A DNA stretch of 64,000 bases from Octopus vulgaris. Its lineage: Eukaryota. Each line of letters starts with the position of its first letter. Position 1 is the first letter of the stretch. Both the position numbers and the translations under genes were made by a program. The notes beneath the pieces were generated by a model. That model made no database searches, was not told the DNA's origin, and was given only the letters and a program-made list of their open reading frames with translations. Positions 1-44,803 of this stretch are shown here, one piece after another. The DNA is taken from assembly GCA_951406725.2 (NCBI GenBank), contig OX597818.1:21328001-21392000 (forward strand), given 5' to 3'.

Positions 1-1635
1 TGGCATTGGCCATGGCTACAATTTCCCTCGGTTCAACAGGCCTTCACAGGCACAACATATTGCCAAACAATTGAAAGGTGCTTTTAAATGGCCAGTTATG
101 CAACCCCGGCATCGGCCATAACTACGAGGTCACTTGGCTTGCCAGGTCTTCTCAAGCACAGCATATCTCCAAAAGTCTCGGTTGCTTGTCATTCCCTCTA
201 TGAGGCCTCATCCCATGTTTTCCTGGGTCTACCTCTTCCACAGGTTCCCTCCACTGTTAGGGTATGACACTTCACACAGCTGTCCTCACCCATACACAAC
301 ACATGACCATACCAGCACAGTCGTCTCCCCTGCACACCACATCTGATGCTTATCAACAACTTTTCTTTCAGTGTGCTTACACTCGGTCATGTATGCACAC
401 TGACATTACACATCCAGCAGAGTATACTAGCTTCATTTCTTTCAAGACTATGCATATCCTCAGCAGTCACAGCCCATGTTTCACTCCCGTATAGCATGGC
501 AGTTCGCACACCTTTCACTCTCAGTGAGAGGCCCTTTGTTACCAACAAAGGTAGCAGCTCTCTGAACTTTGCCCTGGCTATTCTTATTCTAGCAGCTACA
601 CTTACAGAGCATCCACTCCCTGCTACTGACTTGGTCACTTAGGTAACGGAAGCTATCAATTACTTCTAGTTTTTCCTCTTGGCATGTGATGGAATCTGTT
701 TTCTGTACATCTTCGGTGTTTATTGCATCTGTGCATCTGCCACACACAAAACCTATCTTCCCAGATATTCCTTTGATATTGCTGCACCTCTTATGTGTTC
801 ATAGCTTACACCAGGTACATCTTATAGAGTTTCTATCTATGCTTTTTCTTCAAATTGGGCCATCTACCTGAAGGATTTGTGATTTGTCCGCCTCCCTACT
901 TACTAAGACTTTGGTTTTTGCTAGGTTAACTCTAAGGCCCTTCGATTCTAGACCTTACTTCCACATTTGAAGCTTTTTCTCTAGGTCTGGTAGTGATTCA
1001 GCTAGTAGAGCAAGATCATCAGCATAGAAAAGCTCCCAGGGGTAACCTCTCTTGAATTCCTCTGTTATTGCCTGGAGGATTATGATGAACAAGAAGGAGC
1101 TGAGGACTGATCCCTGGTGAACCCCTAGTTCTACCCAAAATTCTTTCCTATACTCGTTGCCAACCCTCACCTTACTGACAGCATCCCTGCACATGGCTTG
1201 TACAGCTCTCACCAACCTATCTCTAGTTTCCACATTGACCACCAAATAAGGGATCGCGGGACCCTGTCAAAGGCTTTCTCCATGTCAATGGAAGCCAAGT
1301 ACAGAGGTTTATCTTTAGCCAAGAATTTCTCCTGCAGCTGTCTTACCAGAAATATAGCATCAGTGGTGCTTTTCCCTGGTACAAACCCAAACTACATCTC
1401 ATCTAAACTAACTCTCTCGTTTCATCACCTGATCTAACAATTTAATATCTCTGTAATTATTTCTATCTAATATGTCACCTTTACCTTTGTAGCAGTTGAC
1501 TATGGTGCTGCTACACCACTCATTGGGTATGGCTCCTTCGTGTATCACCTGATTAACTATATGGGTGACTAGACTATAGCCTACAATGCCATATATTTTA
1601 AGCATCTCAGCAGTGATTCCTGATGGGCTGGGAGC
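1..1635 (-). mobile_element. RTE-clade LINE, degenerate RT and 3' region
   Basis: Minus-strand ORF fragments YKGKGD..DRNNYR.IKLL, GVHQGSVLS.FLF, PWELFYADDL, AMLYGSETW; frameshifted. Confidence 0.92.
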
Positions 1636-1956
1636 ATATATGGGATAGTATTACAGTTACACTTACAAATATCTTAAACTACATCCAAATGAAGGCCATT
1701 CATCTGAGTGGTAAAACTTCACTTACCAACTGATTTAACTACAGGCTCACAGATATACTGTTTCTTCCATTTGCATTTCACTCTTCAACTACAAAGGCCT
1801 TTGCTCCTCTGAACCTCTTAGTTGCACAATAGCTTTACTCAAGCCCCCTCAACATATCCATCACTCTTTTGTTTATTATCTCTCCTAGACTACTTAAATA
1901 CAATTGACAGTTATTAACTTTATTTTTCATTGTCCTTTTTTCTTTTTGCTTTTCAG

Positions 1957-33164
<31,208 letters not shown>

Positions 33165-34556
33165 ATCACTAATCAGCCTCTACTTGTGCCTGGGTATCTT
33201 AATCAACAGTTGTCATCTGCTGGTCATTTGCTAAGAAGGCTGCCAAGCTCAGCAAACTAAAATTGATTAAAAAATAATAAACAAACACCATACATAACTG
33301 GCGACTTCTTTTGACAATATCACTCACATTCCTTTTTGTTGATTGGTGAAAATAAAAGTTAAGTATCAAAAAAATCCAAAAATGAATGAAAGAAGGAAGT
33401 ATTTGAGAAAGAAAGTAGAAGTATAAAAAAGAATGAAGAAATGATCCATCGCAGGTGAAACAGATATTAGTTGTGCTTTTTAAATCTCGCAGATAATATT
33501 TTATCCTCTTACAGGAAGTGGGATTTCGAGGCACGTTGGGGTTTTTTCTTTGTTTTTTGGGGAGGTTTTTTTAAATCTAAATTGATATTAAATTACGGAA
33601 GATTTTATTTTATGGGGAAGGGTAAAAGAAAGAATTACTGCCTCCTAATCCCACATCTTTCTCCCACCACATGAAAGCTGAAAATAAAGAAGGGTTAAAA
33701 TATTGGTGAGGCTTTTTGTTTTTTTTTTTTGTTTGTTTGTTTGTTTTTTTTTTTTGTTTTTTGCAGAGGGGTAGTTAAGGTTATGGTGATGGTAAGAGAG
33801 AACTTATCTTTTAAACTTAGCTTTTCTGGAATGATTTTCATGATAAAATAATAATGAACTAAAAATTAATTTAATAGAAAAGCAAAAATAAAATGAATGC
33901 TTCAAAGTAAAATATAATTTAGTTAATTAACTAATTATTTAAGCATTAAGAAAAAAGGTATTGTCTAATTAATTACTATTTTCTCTCTTATCCTTCCCTT
34001 CCTCTCTCACACTTTCTCACTAACTCCTCTTTCTTTCTATCACACATAAACTCTTTCTCTCACTCTCACCACATATCATATTGAATAAAATTCTACAACA
34101 CAACCTGATTATAGAATTCAAGGAATTTGTTGCATTTGGAGTGAAGGAAGTTAGAAAAGGAAGCAGAGTAGCAAACATCTTACTACTCCTTCCAACATGC
34201 ATGTGCATGTGCACACACACACATGCACTTTCCAGCTCAAATAAAAAGGAAAAGGAAAATGACACCAAATCCAAAAGATTATTTTTATTGGCACAAATTT
34301 CAAAACAGAATGATGTGTTAACAGCTATTGTAGTTTGGCAAATATTGGTTAGCTTTGTTACAAAACAACTGGCAAATCAGACCAAGAAAGGACTTCTGGG
34401 GGTTGGTTGGTTAGTCCGGTGGTTAGTAGGTGTGAGAAAACCTGTGTAGATTTTAACTGCGGAGACAAATCTGTAAATCTATTGAATTGAAAATAACTGG
34501 AAACGAATGGGGTTGCATAAAAAGATGAATAAGAAATAAAGAATTTGGTTTTTAAA

Positions 34557-34620
34557 AATAAAATATCAATCTGCAATTTCACTTTTTTTTTTTTCTTTTG
34601 CTTAATAGTTTTGTTTGTTG
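34557..34620 (+). terminator. Candidate polyadenylation site of the HERC4-like gene (3' UTR about 1.4 kb)
   Basis: AATAAA at 34557-34562, CA near 34580, then a T/GT-rich tract. Several earlier AATAAA are also present, so site use is uncertain. Confidence 0.45.
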
Positions 34621-36265
34621 TTACTGAGCCATGTTAGCTCTTAAGCTCTGATCCAGCACATCTATGATCAAAGGTGTTTCATCTACGGCCTTTCAATCTT
34701 TTACAGATATATAAGACTCAGTTAGTTAATGTTCCCTTATTTAAGAGGGCAGAATATAGTCTAGCAAGTTGAACAACTATATGTAGATATTGTGGAAATT
34801 AATTGTCCTTCATTCAATGTAATTACTCCCTCAGCAATTCCCCATCTTTCTCATTCACTCTTGCTATCTTACCCACCCACACTCCCTGTTCTCCTTTCCA
34901 CCCCACATAATTCATTTCTACACCTTGTACATTGAGAGTCCACACAAACAATTCATCACAGTTTTCTGTCTTCTCTGCACTACTCCAATCACCCTTTACC
35001 TTTTAAAACCTGCTCTACTCTGACCCCTCCTCTCATACTCTAACTCATCTAGCATAAAGCTGCTATCAGGGTCTTGCAAGCTACATGTGACTGCATTTGT
35101 GCTGGTGACACAAAAAAAAACACGTAATACATGTAAGGTGATTGGAGTTATGAAGGGCATCCAACTTTAGAAACCATGTTAAAGTAGACAATGGAGCACA
35201 ATACAGTCCTTGTCAAACTTCAACCCATACCAACATGGACAGTAAATGATGATGATGAGGAAAAGAACAAAGCTACAAATCAAGTAGGCTGGCATACAGA
35301 CATATCAATAAATGGATAGATAGCTGAACTGAAATGAAAAGTTCTATTTAAAAGTGCAATTCTGACTAAATGGCTGGATTTCAAAAGAATTTTTTTAAAT
35401 TCCTTGCTTGTGTTTAATATATTAATATAATGTTTTCAAATATTCTGAATTACACTGTAGAATTTCCACTGGTCTATCTCATCATTATTATTGTGGAAGC
35501 TGGCAGAATTTAGAGAAAATTACCTTGAGGTACTTTTTCTGGTTCTTTGTATTCTAAACTTAAATCCTACTGAGATTAACATTGCCTTTCGTTATTCCAG
35601 GGTCAACGAAATAAGATACCAGTTGAGTACTGAAGTGAATGTAATCAACTAGCACCCTTTCATTCAAAATTGTTGGTCTTGTGCATAAATTAGAAACGGT
35701 TTGGCACAGACAAAATGCCTTGCAATATTTCTTCTGGTTTTCTGTTTTGAGTTCAAATCCTGCATGGTCAAATTTGCCTTTTCATCTCTTTGGGATTAGT
35801 AATGTTATATGTCAAGCACTGGGTTAGATGTAATTGACTAGTTCATTACACACTAAAATTGCTAACCTTCTGCCTAAAGTGGAAGCAATTATTAAATATC
35901 TAAATCTTTAGACACAAGCTGGCCTCAGAAGGGTGGGATTTTTCTTTATTAGTGATGGTTTAGTCAAAGAAGGAGCAGCAGCATCTATGAGCCTTTTGTA
36001 GGGCCTTCTCATGCGAGTGGAGATGCAGCATTAGGCATAGGAAGTACTGACTGCATTAAAATAAGTTTTCCTCAAACTGAAGACCTGGTCTGACTGCTGG
36101 CAAGAATGATGTCACTGAAAGCAGCCAAGGGATGATGGTAAACCAGGTGACAGATTAATATGTATTAGTATAACAAAATGATCTGGTAAAAATGAATATA
36201 AATTTGTCTTAGTTGATAGAATGGTTCTACCACAATATGTTGTTTTAGTATATAAATAACATTAA

Positions 36266-36485
36266 CCCTTTCATTACTGTATTTATTTTGAGATGCTCTG
36301 TGTTTCTTTCAATTATTTTAAATATAACAAAGAATTTAGTAAAATAACTTAGTTATCATTAAGCTAGTGTTAGGAATGTAAATTGTGACTAAGGCTTGGT
36401 GGAATATTTTAATTCAAAACTTATGGAAACAAGACATTTTACCACTGAGCCAGAGCCGGTTTTGGCCAGGTTAGTAACAAAAGGG
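36266..36485. mobile_element. piggyBac-type MITE (220 bp)
   Basis: TTAA|ccctttcattact ... ttagtaacaaaaggg|TTAA; TIR closely matches the 62368 element. Confidence 0.85.
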
Positions 36486-36904
36486 TTAAGATAAAATGAT
36501 AACAGTTTATAGAAGTAAGAAACCAACATCCAGCTACATACTTAATAAGAAAATCACAAAGTTGCTTACTGAGATGTGCCATCTGCATGAAGTTAGTATG
36601 TTTAATGGAGTGAGCATTACCAATCTAAGAAATACATTTATGATGAGGGAAGAATAAGATTAGTTCAATGACCAATACTTTAATAGTTCCAGCAAAAATG
36701 GGAGACAACTACAGGCATGTTTTAGTCTTAGCAATACCTGGATTTCATATTTACTGAAATAGTGATGAGAGAATCAACAAGTAGATGTACAATATTGTAC
36801 AAAACTATTTGACCCAAGTAATTTGATTTGTTTAAAAATATACTTAAATATTTCAATGGATGTACAATATTGTACATCTATTTAATGATTCTATTACTAC
36901 TTTA

Positions 36905-37130
36905 GCAGGTAAAGTAGCAAGCTGGGAAAATCATTAGCATGCCAGGCAAAATGCTTAGTAGTATTTCACCCATTGCTACATCTTGGGTTCAAATTCCACT
37001 GAGGTCAACTTTGCCTTTCATCCTTTTGGGGGTCAATAAAATAAGTACCAGTTGCACACTGAGGTTGATGTGATCCACTAACCCCCTCCCACCAAAACTT
37101 CCAGACCTTGTACCTATAGTACAAAAGATT
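36905..37130 (+). mobile_element. tRNA-derived SINE, second family
   Basis: gggttcaaattcc B box plus gcctttcatcc..ggggtc.ataaaataagtaccag core; matches 54795-55012. Confidence 0.75.
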
Positions 37131-39260
37131 ATTACTTAAGCAGGGATAGAGGTAAATGTATGTTATTCCAACATACATCCCAAAGAATTGTAGCTCTTGG
37201 CCTTGGTTACTTTTTCTGGAGTCCATTGTTTTCATTCAGACCAGTTTGAAGTAACTTGACTTCTTGATGTATTGCTTCTTACTGTTGAGTCATGAGTTCT
37301 TCATTTCTCCCATTCTCAGAAGCACTGCAAAGAACATATACACTGCACTTCCTCTTCAGAGTAATCCGTTAAATGTAAATAAACTTAAAAAACACAAGCA
37401 CAATGATGTGGCTATGAAGTTCGTGTCATAACCATGTGGTTCTGAGTACTATTTAATTGCATGGCACCTAGAGTAATTGTCTTCCACTGTAGCCTCAAGC
37501 TAATCAATGCTTTGTGAGTGTAATTGACAGAAATTATGGAAGCCCATCATTAATGTGTGTGCACTTATGTACATGTGAATGTTTACTGTACATATCTTTG
37601 CATGAAGCTGTAAAAGCAGTAACATATTGACATTTCCCTTAAATCATACTGTAGCCCCTGCATTTTCAAGCACAAGTGGAAGGAAAAATATGCAAGGGTT
37701 TGCTACAAGAAGTGCATCATCATCATCATCATCATCATCCTGCTTGTAAATTAGTACCTCAATATCTATTTGTCCAATCTATACAAGCATGGAAATATGG
37801 ATAAAAGCTAAGGAAAATTGAAGGTTACTAACAGAACTGGAATTATTTTTGTTTGATAGTGAACTTAGAATAACTTATGCATGACTGTGTCTTTCTGTCC
37901 AGCTCCTATTTGTTGTTTGCTCTTCTTTTTAGAAGCTGTGTTTAGCTTAATCAATAATACTAGAATTTTTGCTAACATAAAGAATTTAATGCATAGTTGT
38001 TGGGTATCTTTGGCTAAGTTTTTGATGATGTCATCACTCAATTTCACAGATTCTGTTCTATTGTTTATTAAAACCTAATTGAAAAAAAGAATCCAGGTTC
38101 AATTCAAGGTAGAAACCTGACCTGCTGCATTACTCTTTCATCAGAGAGTTGGTTGCATAACAAACAAATTTAAATATAAGTCTAGCAGGCTGTAGAAAAA
38201 TTATGGCAGTTTTGCAGAGAAATGGTGACTAAACCATGACTGAGAACATTAATGTGGTTTTAAATGTGCTCATTGAAAGAGGATGTAATGTGAGGCCAGA
38301 AATATGCATCTTTGATACCAGAAATGTGAATCTGAATAAGGTGTAGTACTGAATTATGCATGTATTCAAGTGCATCCGAATAGTGAAGTACCAGATTGCA
38401 TATACATGTGAATGCAATATTCAAGTGAGTCTGAATACATTGCTGTTTAATATCTGAGTGGGTCTGAATATGGTCCAATATATAATACTCAAGTGAGTCT
38501 GAGTATGGTGTGGTTGCCAATTTACATTGCAAGGAACTGAGAAAATCACAGACCATATATTCTGAAGCCATGGTGTAGCAAGTAGATTTCTGGCAAATTT
38601 ATGTGTACAGTTTGGTATATGCTTCGAAGGAAGTGCATAGGTCAAGTATGTCTAGTGCTGTGAAGAAGATGAATTGCTATGGGTAAATCATGTACAACAA
38701 ATTGTAAAAAAAAACCTGGGTGAACTTCTATGTACACCATGACCTGGGCAATGTTGTATACAGGGTAAAAGATAAATGACTAAAAATTAGGTTTGTGTTC
38801 TTCATTGAAAATACCAAGAGAATATGGTAGACAGTGTTAACAGACCTGCTCAAGTTAAGATGAGAAGCAATTTAAAAAGAAAAGAAGTGCAGTGTAAACT
38901 TGCTAAGTGTAGGATCTGACAGACAAAATGTCAGTAATTACAGCCTTGGATTGGTACAGATCTGGAAACAATTGCTGAAGACACAAATACTTAAATGTGT
39001 GCATGTGTGTATGTTGCAACATTTAACAAATAAAAAAGAATTGTAAAAAAAGTTACATACTCTGAGAAAATGGAAACTTTTATATGAAAAACCAAAAAAA
39101 ATTGTATTGTGAGTGCATGAACGATGGTATATAAATGACAGAAGAGAATAGGACAAGAAAAACATTCAAATACATAACTCAAATGCTGGCTGTCTATGGG
39201 TTTGCAAATTATGAATGAAGAACATAGGCTACTGAAAGTTGAATATATCCTGGCATTGTA

Positions 39261-39640
39261 GGTGCAGATATGGCTGTGTAATAAAAAGTTTGCTTCCCAA
39301 CCACATGGTTCCGGTTTCAGTCCCACTGCATGGAACCTTAGGCAAGTGTCTTCTACTACAGCCTAAGGCCAACCAAAGGCTTGTGAGTGGATTTGACAGA
39401 CAAAAACTGAAAGAAGTCGACTGTTTGTGTTTGTCCCTCACCACCACTTGACAATCAGTGTTGGTTTGTTTACATCCCTGTAACTTAGTTCAGCAAAGAG
39501 TTTGATAGAGTTAGTATCAGGCTTTAAAAAGCAAAAATAAGTGTTGGGGGTTGATTCATTCAACTAGAGGTTCTTCAAGGCAGTGCCTAAGCATAGCCAC
39601 AGTCTAATGACTGAAACAGATGATAGATAAAACAAAGATA
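39261..39640 (+). mobile_element. tRNA-derived SINE
   Basis: Same head and tail as the 15544 copy. Confidence 0.85.
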
Positions 39641-40959
39641 AACATGTATAATACATTGTAGGTATTATACAAGTGTCACCAGATAGTTAGCCTTAAGTTT
39701 ACAGAGTCAAAACTATCAAGAGAACAAAATGCAAAATTCAGCTGTTGTTATGTTTATGCATTGAAAGTGTGCAGGTGTATGCATAAGAAAAAGAGAAGAG
39801 AAGACATGTTATTATTTGTATTGATGCATGTGCAAATAAAGAAAAGGAGAATTAGAATACAAATTCAAAAGGCATGCAATATAAAGATTTGAAAGAAAAA
39901 GAAAGGCAAACTATCTAATACATATACTGCATCTGTTTCTGAAATGGAAAATCATAGGAACATGTGTAAAAAATTCAGAGTTTATAAATTTTCCATGACC
40001 ACATGGAAACAAAGTATAGAAGTTGATTCTGAACCTCTGAACATAAGACCAAAGTTATACATCTGCTTTTATGCTGTTTTCCATTTGGGGGCTTCTCTAA
40101 TTTTGGTAGTGTATTCTTTATGGGTGTGAAATAATTGCTTGATTGCTGAACTTCATTGTGGTTGTAGACTCACAGTGTTTACAAAGTGAGTGTCCAGACT
40201 ATACATGGTGCTCTAAGTTGCCTGTTGAAACATTTTGCTGAAAGCTGCATATGTTTCCTCAGTCAGGTGTCATGTGTCAAAAACAAGGCAACATAGTTTT
40301 GTTTTATTTGGAGGTGACCTTAATAATTTAATTGGACAGTTTGTTAGCTTGTGTGCATATATGAAAGACAGTCTTGGAGGGAGGGAGAGAGAGAGAGAGA
40401 GAGGATTATTGAATAAATATGAGTGTCCTTTGCCATAGTTTATCTTTGAGTTGGATGTTGCAGAATGTTTCTACTGACTAGTCTAGTTATCAAAAACAAC
40501 AGATGTTGAATTCAACCTAACTTACTGTATGGCTGTATCACTGTCCATGTATCTGGCTCTGTCTGTGACTGTTCACTCGACACCTGTCTGTTGTTCACTA
40601 CTCTTTTATAAGCTGTGCTTAGCTTAATCAATGCTTGACTAATTATCAATTAACAACTTTGGATTGACTAGAATTTTTGCTGACATCATTTTAAGAAATT
40701 AAAAGTAGTTGTTGGGCATCATTGGTAAAATTTTTTTGCAACATCCACTCAATTTAAAAGATTCTGTTTTGTTGTTTATTAAAACCTTCTAATTGATTAA
40801 AGAATCCGGGTTCAATTTGAGGCAGAGACCTTCTACGATTGTCTCTGTATCTATTGGGTTCAGCACTGCCTTGTCATGACTATCTAACACATTCACATAC
40901 TATACATTCACCCTCACTCTGACCTTATAGTTCATCAACTCAGTTAACTTTCTGGATCA

Positions 40960-41690
40960 GTAGCTTCCTATTGGATTGCTCTATCCCAGTCTTCTCTCAA
41001 ACTTAACTACTATCAACTCTGGTGTGCCCCAGGTTTCAATTCTGTCTCCCTCACTCTTTCTACTCTACAACAATGTCCTATTTACTGTCATGTCCAACAA
41101 CACCTAATTTTACATAGATGATACCACACACTCAAGTATCATCCACGTGCAATATATACCCTTCATGACAAACCTACACTTACTCTCTGAAAGCATCTTC
41201 CAATGGTGTTATGTCAATCTTGTCTCTTCCTACAAAAAAAAAAGTTTGTTTGCCCCAAGAAAACATAACCACACCTCACTGAGGATCTTTCAGGGTGTAT
41301 TCACATCGTTAACATAGAGAGTAACAGATCTCCATGACTGGCCCTTCTCTTCAGATTTAAAGAATAGTTAATCCCTGAACAGTTACTAATCTTTTATAAA
41401 GTTCAAATGGTTTTACAATGGAGTACTGCTCCTACATCTAAGACAGTGCTGTTGCTGCACACAAAACATCTTAAGAGTTGACTGATCGATGTAAAGTCTC
41501 TCACAGTATGCTGCTGCCTCAGGCCATAGACATGTCAACTCCTTGCTTTGTCTGTTCTACACCCTACACAAAAGCCTCTGTTTGAAGCTGCCTGATCTTG
41601 TGTCCCAACTGCTCAACTACTCCACCTCATTCATCTTTGCTCCTCTCGTTATCCATGATGTATTAATTTCACTGGATTGAGATGAGTTGT
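40960..41690 (+). mobile_element. Highly degenerate CR1/Jockey-like LINE RT remnant
   Basis: INSGVPQVSILSPSLFLLY followed by YIDDTT, corresponding to GVPQGS.L.P.LF and YADD. Confidence 0.65.
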
Positions 41691-41760
41691 AAAATCCATG
41701 GCCACTGACCTACCAAATGAAAATATAATTACTATGAAACACACACACACACATATATAT

Positions 41761-42022
<262 letters not shown>

Positions 42023-43017
42023 CATATAACTTTTCGTCTCTTCTCGGCAGACAGTTTATTTCACTGAACTTTTAATTACTAGCATCATTTTTTCCCGACG
42101 CAGAACATGACTAGTTTCCTCAATTCCATAGCTTTATTTAAATCTTAATGTCCATATTCAAGAATGCAATCTTCCTGTCTAATTTCTTGTCAGCCGGCGA
42201 TTAGAGAAGTGTAGATTCTGCGCACATGCCCTTAGGCCGGTCACCCTCCTCACCTCCACTCATATTTTCACTAATTTACATAGTCTTTTTACATAATTTA
42301 TCCTTCTTTCTTCATTCACATTTTTTGTTTAGTTTTTTTCTCTCTTTCTCTCTCTCTGACGGTACGTTTCGTAGCAACAGCGACTACATATAATTATTTC
42401 ATTTCCATTTTTAAGTATTCCTGACAGGTTAGCATCGACTTTCCGTTTTCTTCCCGTTTCATATAGTGTATATATAGTTAAGAATTATATTTAATTTCAT
42501 GTTATTTTACTGTAATGTCAGGTACTTGTCAATTGTCGTGGTCCCGGTTTTGCACACGCGAATTCGCGCGCGCGCCCGCGTCAGACGTAGGTACTCGATA
42601 CTCGAGATCCTACGAGGTGACTTGCGCATGCGCAGTGCAGAATTCGCGCGTGCGCGTTAAACCCCCCCCCCTAAAAAAAAAGGTGTTGGATTTCACTAAA
42701 AATATATGTGTGTGTGTGTGTGTGTATATATAACATTTTCAATTTTACACAAAAAAATTACATAGTCGCTTTCCTCGCGGATTTACAGAGAAATGAATTA
42801 ATTACTATTTTACAGAATAAAATTAATGAATTAATTATATAAATTAAATAATTCTTGAAAATTAATTAATATTAATAATATTTTTTGAACAAAGTAAATA
42901 ATTTATAAAACTTGGTTAATAATTTTTTTTACACAAACGCGAACGTATATAATTTGTGAAACTTTTTTTTTTTTACAGACGTATATAATTTGGTAAACTT
43001 AATGAATTAATTTCTTC

Positions 43018-43440
43018 TCATCATCATCATCGTTTAACGTCCGTTCTCCATGCCAGCATGGGTTGGACGGTTCGACCGGGGATCTGGGAAGCCAGAAGGC
43101 TGCACCAGACTCCAGTCTTATCTGGCAATGTTTCTACAGCTGGATGCCCTTCCTAACGCCAACCACTCCGAGAGTGTAGTGGGTGCTTTTTACATGCCAC
43201 CCGCACAGGTGCCAGGCGAGGCTGGCAACGGCCACGGTCGGATTGGTGCCAGTCGAGGCGGCTCTGGCATCGGCCACGATTCGGATAGTGCTTTTTACGT
43301 ACCACCAGTCCAGGGGTCCTGGCATTTGCCGGGTGCCACACTTGCCCCAACATGTCTTCGCAAGCAAAGGGGGTTGGCATGGGTGCCTGTCGTGGGATGA
43401 GGTTCGATATCAACTTCGCTTGCCTCAACAGGTCTTTGTG
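43018..43440 (-). mobile_element. RTE-tailed SINE / RTE 3' UTR copy
   Basis: Highly similar to 53036-53640. Confidence 0.85.
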
Positions 43441-43689
43441 TATAAATGTATAAATTTTTCGCATTAAATTCTTTCCGTAGAATTTATCAAAAAACGCGCA
43501 AAATTATTCCGTAGACTTTATCAAATTAAAAAACGCAAAATTAATATATTTTTTGAAATTGCAAATTATTTAGAATATAAAACAAATTAAGTTAAATTTT
43601 AAAAATAAATGTCATATACTTATACTCTGTAAGGTGCTGTGTTCACACTTCAATTTACTATTTTCTAGAAATGTTGCTTTTCTAATTGA

Positions 43690-43865
43690 AACTAATTGAG
43701 GACTAATTGTTGGAGCATAGTTGGCAGGGGCTTTGGTCACTAAAATTGCTGAATTTTTAATGTTTTGAGAAGTCTCTAAAATCCAAAGCCAAGGTGAAAC
43801 TAACTCTGGCAAGCATAGTTCTGGACGGAAAGCAAAGCTCACAGAGAAGGACCGCAGGATAGTAA
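43690..43865 (+). mobile_element. Tc1 transposase N-terminal (HTH) fragment
   Basis: GLIVGA*LAGALVTKIAEF...SGRKAKLTEKDRRIV, matching the Tc1 GRPR-like motif. Confidence 0.6.
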
Positions 43866-43959
43866 CGGAGATATAAACACCAACACCAGTTGTCAAGCAG
43901 TGATGGGGGAGACAAACACAGACGTTAAGATACACACATACACACTGAAGATGAAAGAA

Positions 43960-44430
43960 ACGGTCTATAGGAGTTGTGTGAGAGCTGCAATGCTGTATGG
44001 GAGTGAAACATGGAGTTTCAGAGAGAGAGAGAGAGAGAAAGATAGCAATTTTGAGAAAGACTGAAAGAGCAGTGGTGAGAGAAATGTGTGGCGTGAAGCT
44101 GATAAGAGGACTGAGGACTTGAGGGGACACTTGGGGCTGGCGGAATCAGTGGAACGGCTGGCAAGGGCGAATGGAGTGTGGTAGTATGGGCATGTGTTGA
44201 AGAATGAGGAGCATGTTCTGAGGAGGGTGAATGGACAGCGAAAGTTAAGTAGACTGAGGAAAATGTGGAGGGGACAGGTGGAGGAGGAGATTGGGAGGGT
44301 TGGCTTGAGAAGGAGGATGCCCAAAACCAGGCGAGATGGTGTGAGGGTGGTTGCTATGGCATTGAGGTAGATCTGGCCACCCCTGTTAACAGGGACAAAA
44401 CCCAGATTCAAAATGATGGATGATGATGAT
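43960..44430 (+). mobile_element. RTE LINE 3' fragment
   Basis: CVRAAMLYGSETW...GHVL; gatgatgat tail. Confidence 0.75.
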
Positions 44431-44433
44431 ATA

Positions 44434-44803
44434 GGTGCAGGTGTGGCTGTGTTGTAAGAAGCTTGCTTCGCAACCATATGGTTCCAGGTTCAGTCCCACT
44501 TTGGCACTGTGGACAAGCGTTTTCTTCCTATAGCCTTGAACCAACCAAAGCCTTGTGAGTGGATTTGGTAGACAAACTAAAAGAAGCCTGTCATGTGTCT
44601 GTGTTTGTCCCCACCACCATAGCTTGACAACTGATGCTGGTGTGTTTACGTCCCCATAACTTAGCAGTTCGGCAAAAGAACTAATAAGTACTAGACTTAC
44701 AATGAATAAGTCCTGGGGTCAATTTGTTCGACTAAAACCCCTTAAGGTGGTGCTCCAGCATGGCTGCAGTCAAATGACTGAAAAAAGTAGCAGAATAAGA
44801 GAA
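44434..44803 (+). mobile_element. tRNA-derived SINE
   Basis: Same head and tail as the 15544 copy. Confidence 0.85.

Noticed and set aside
42358-42392. Minus-strand stem followed by GAAACGUA, resembling a hammerhead 3' half
   Set aside because: No CUGANGA-like core upstream of the stem.
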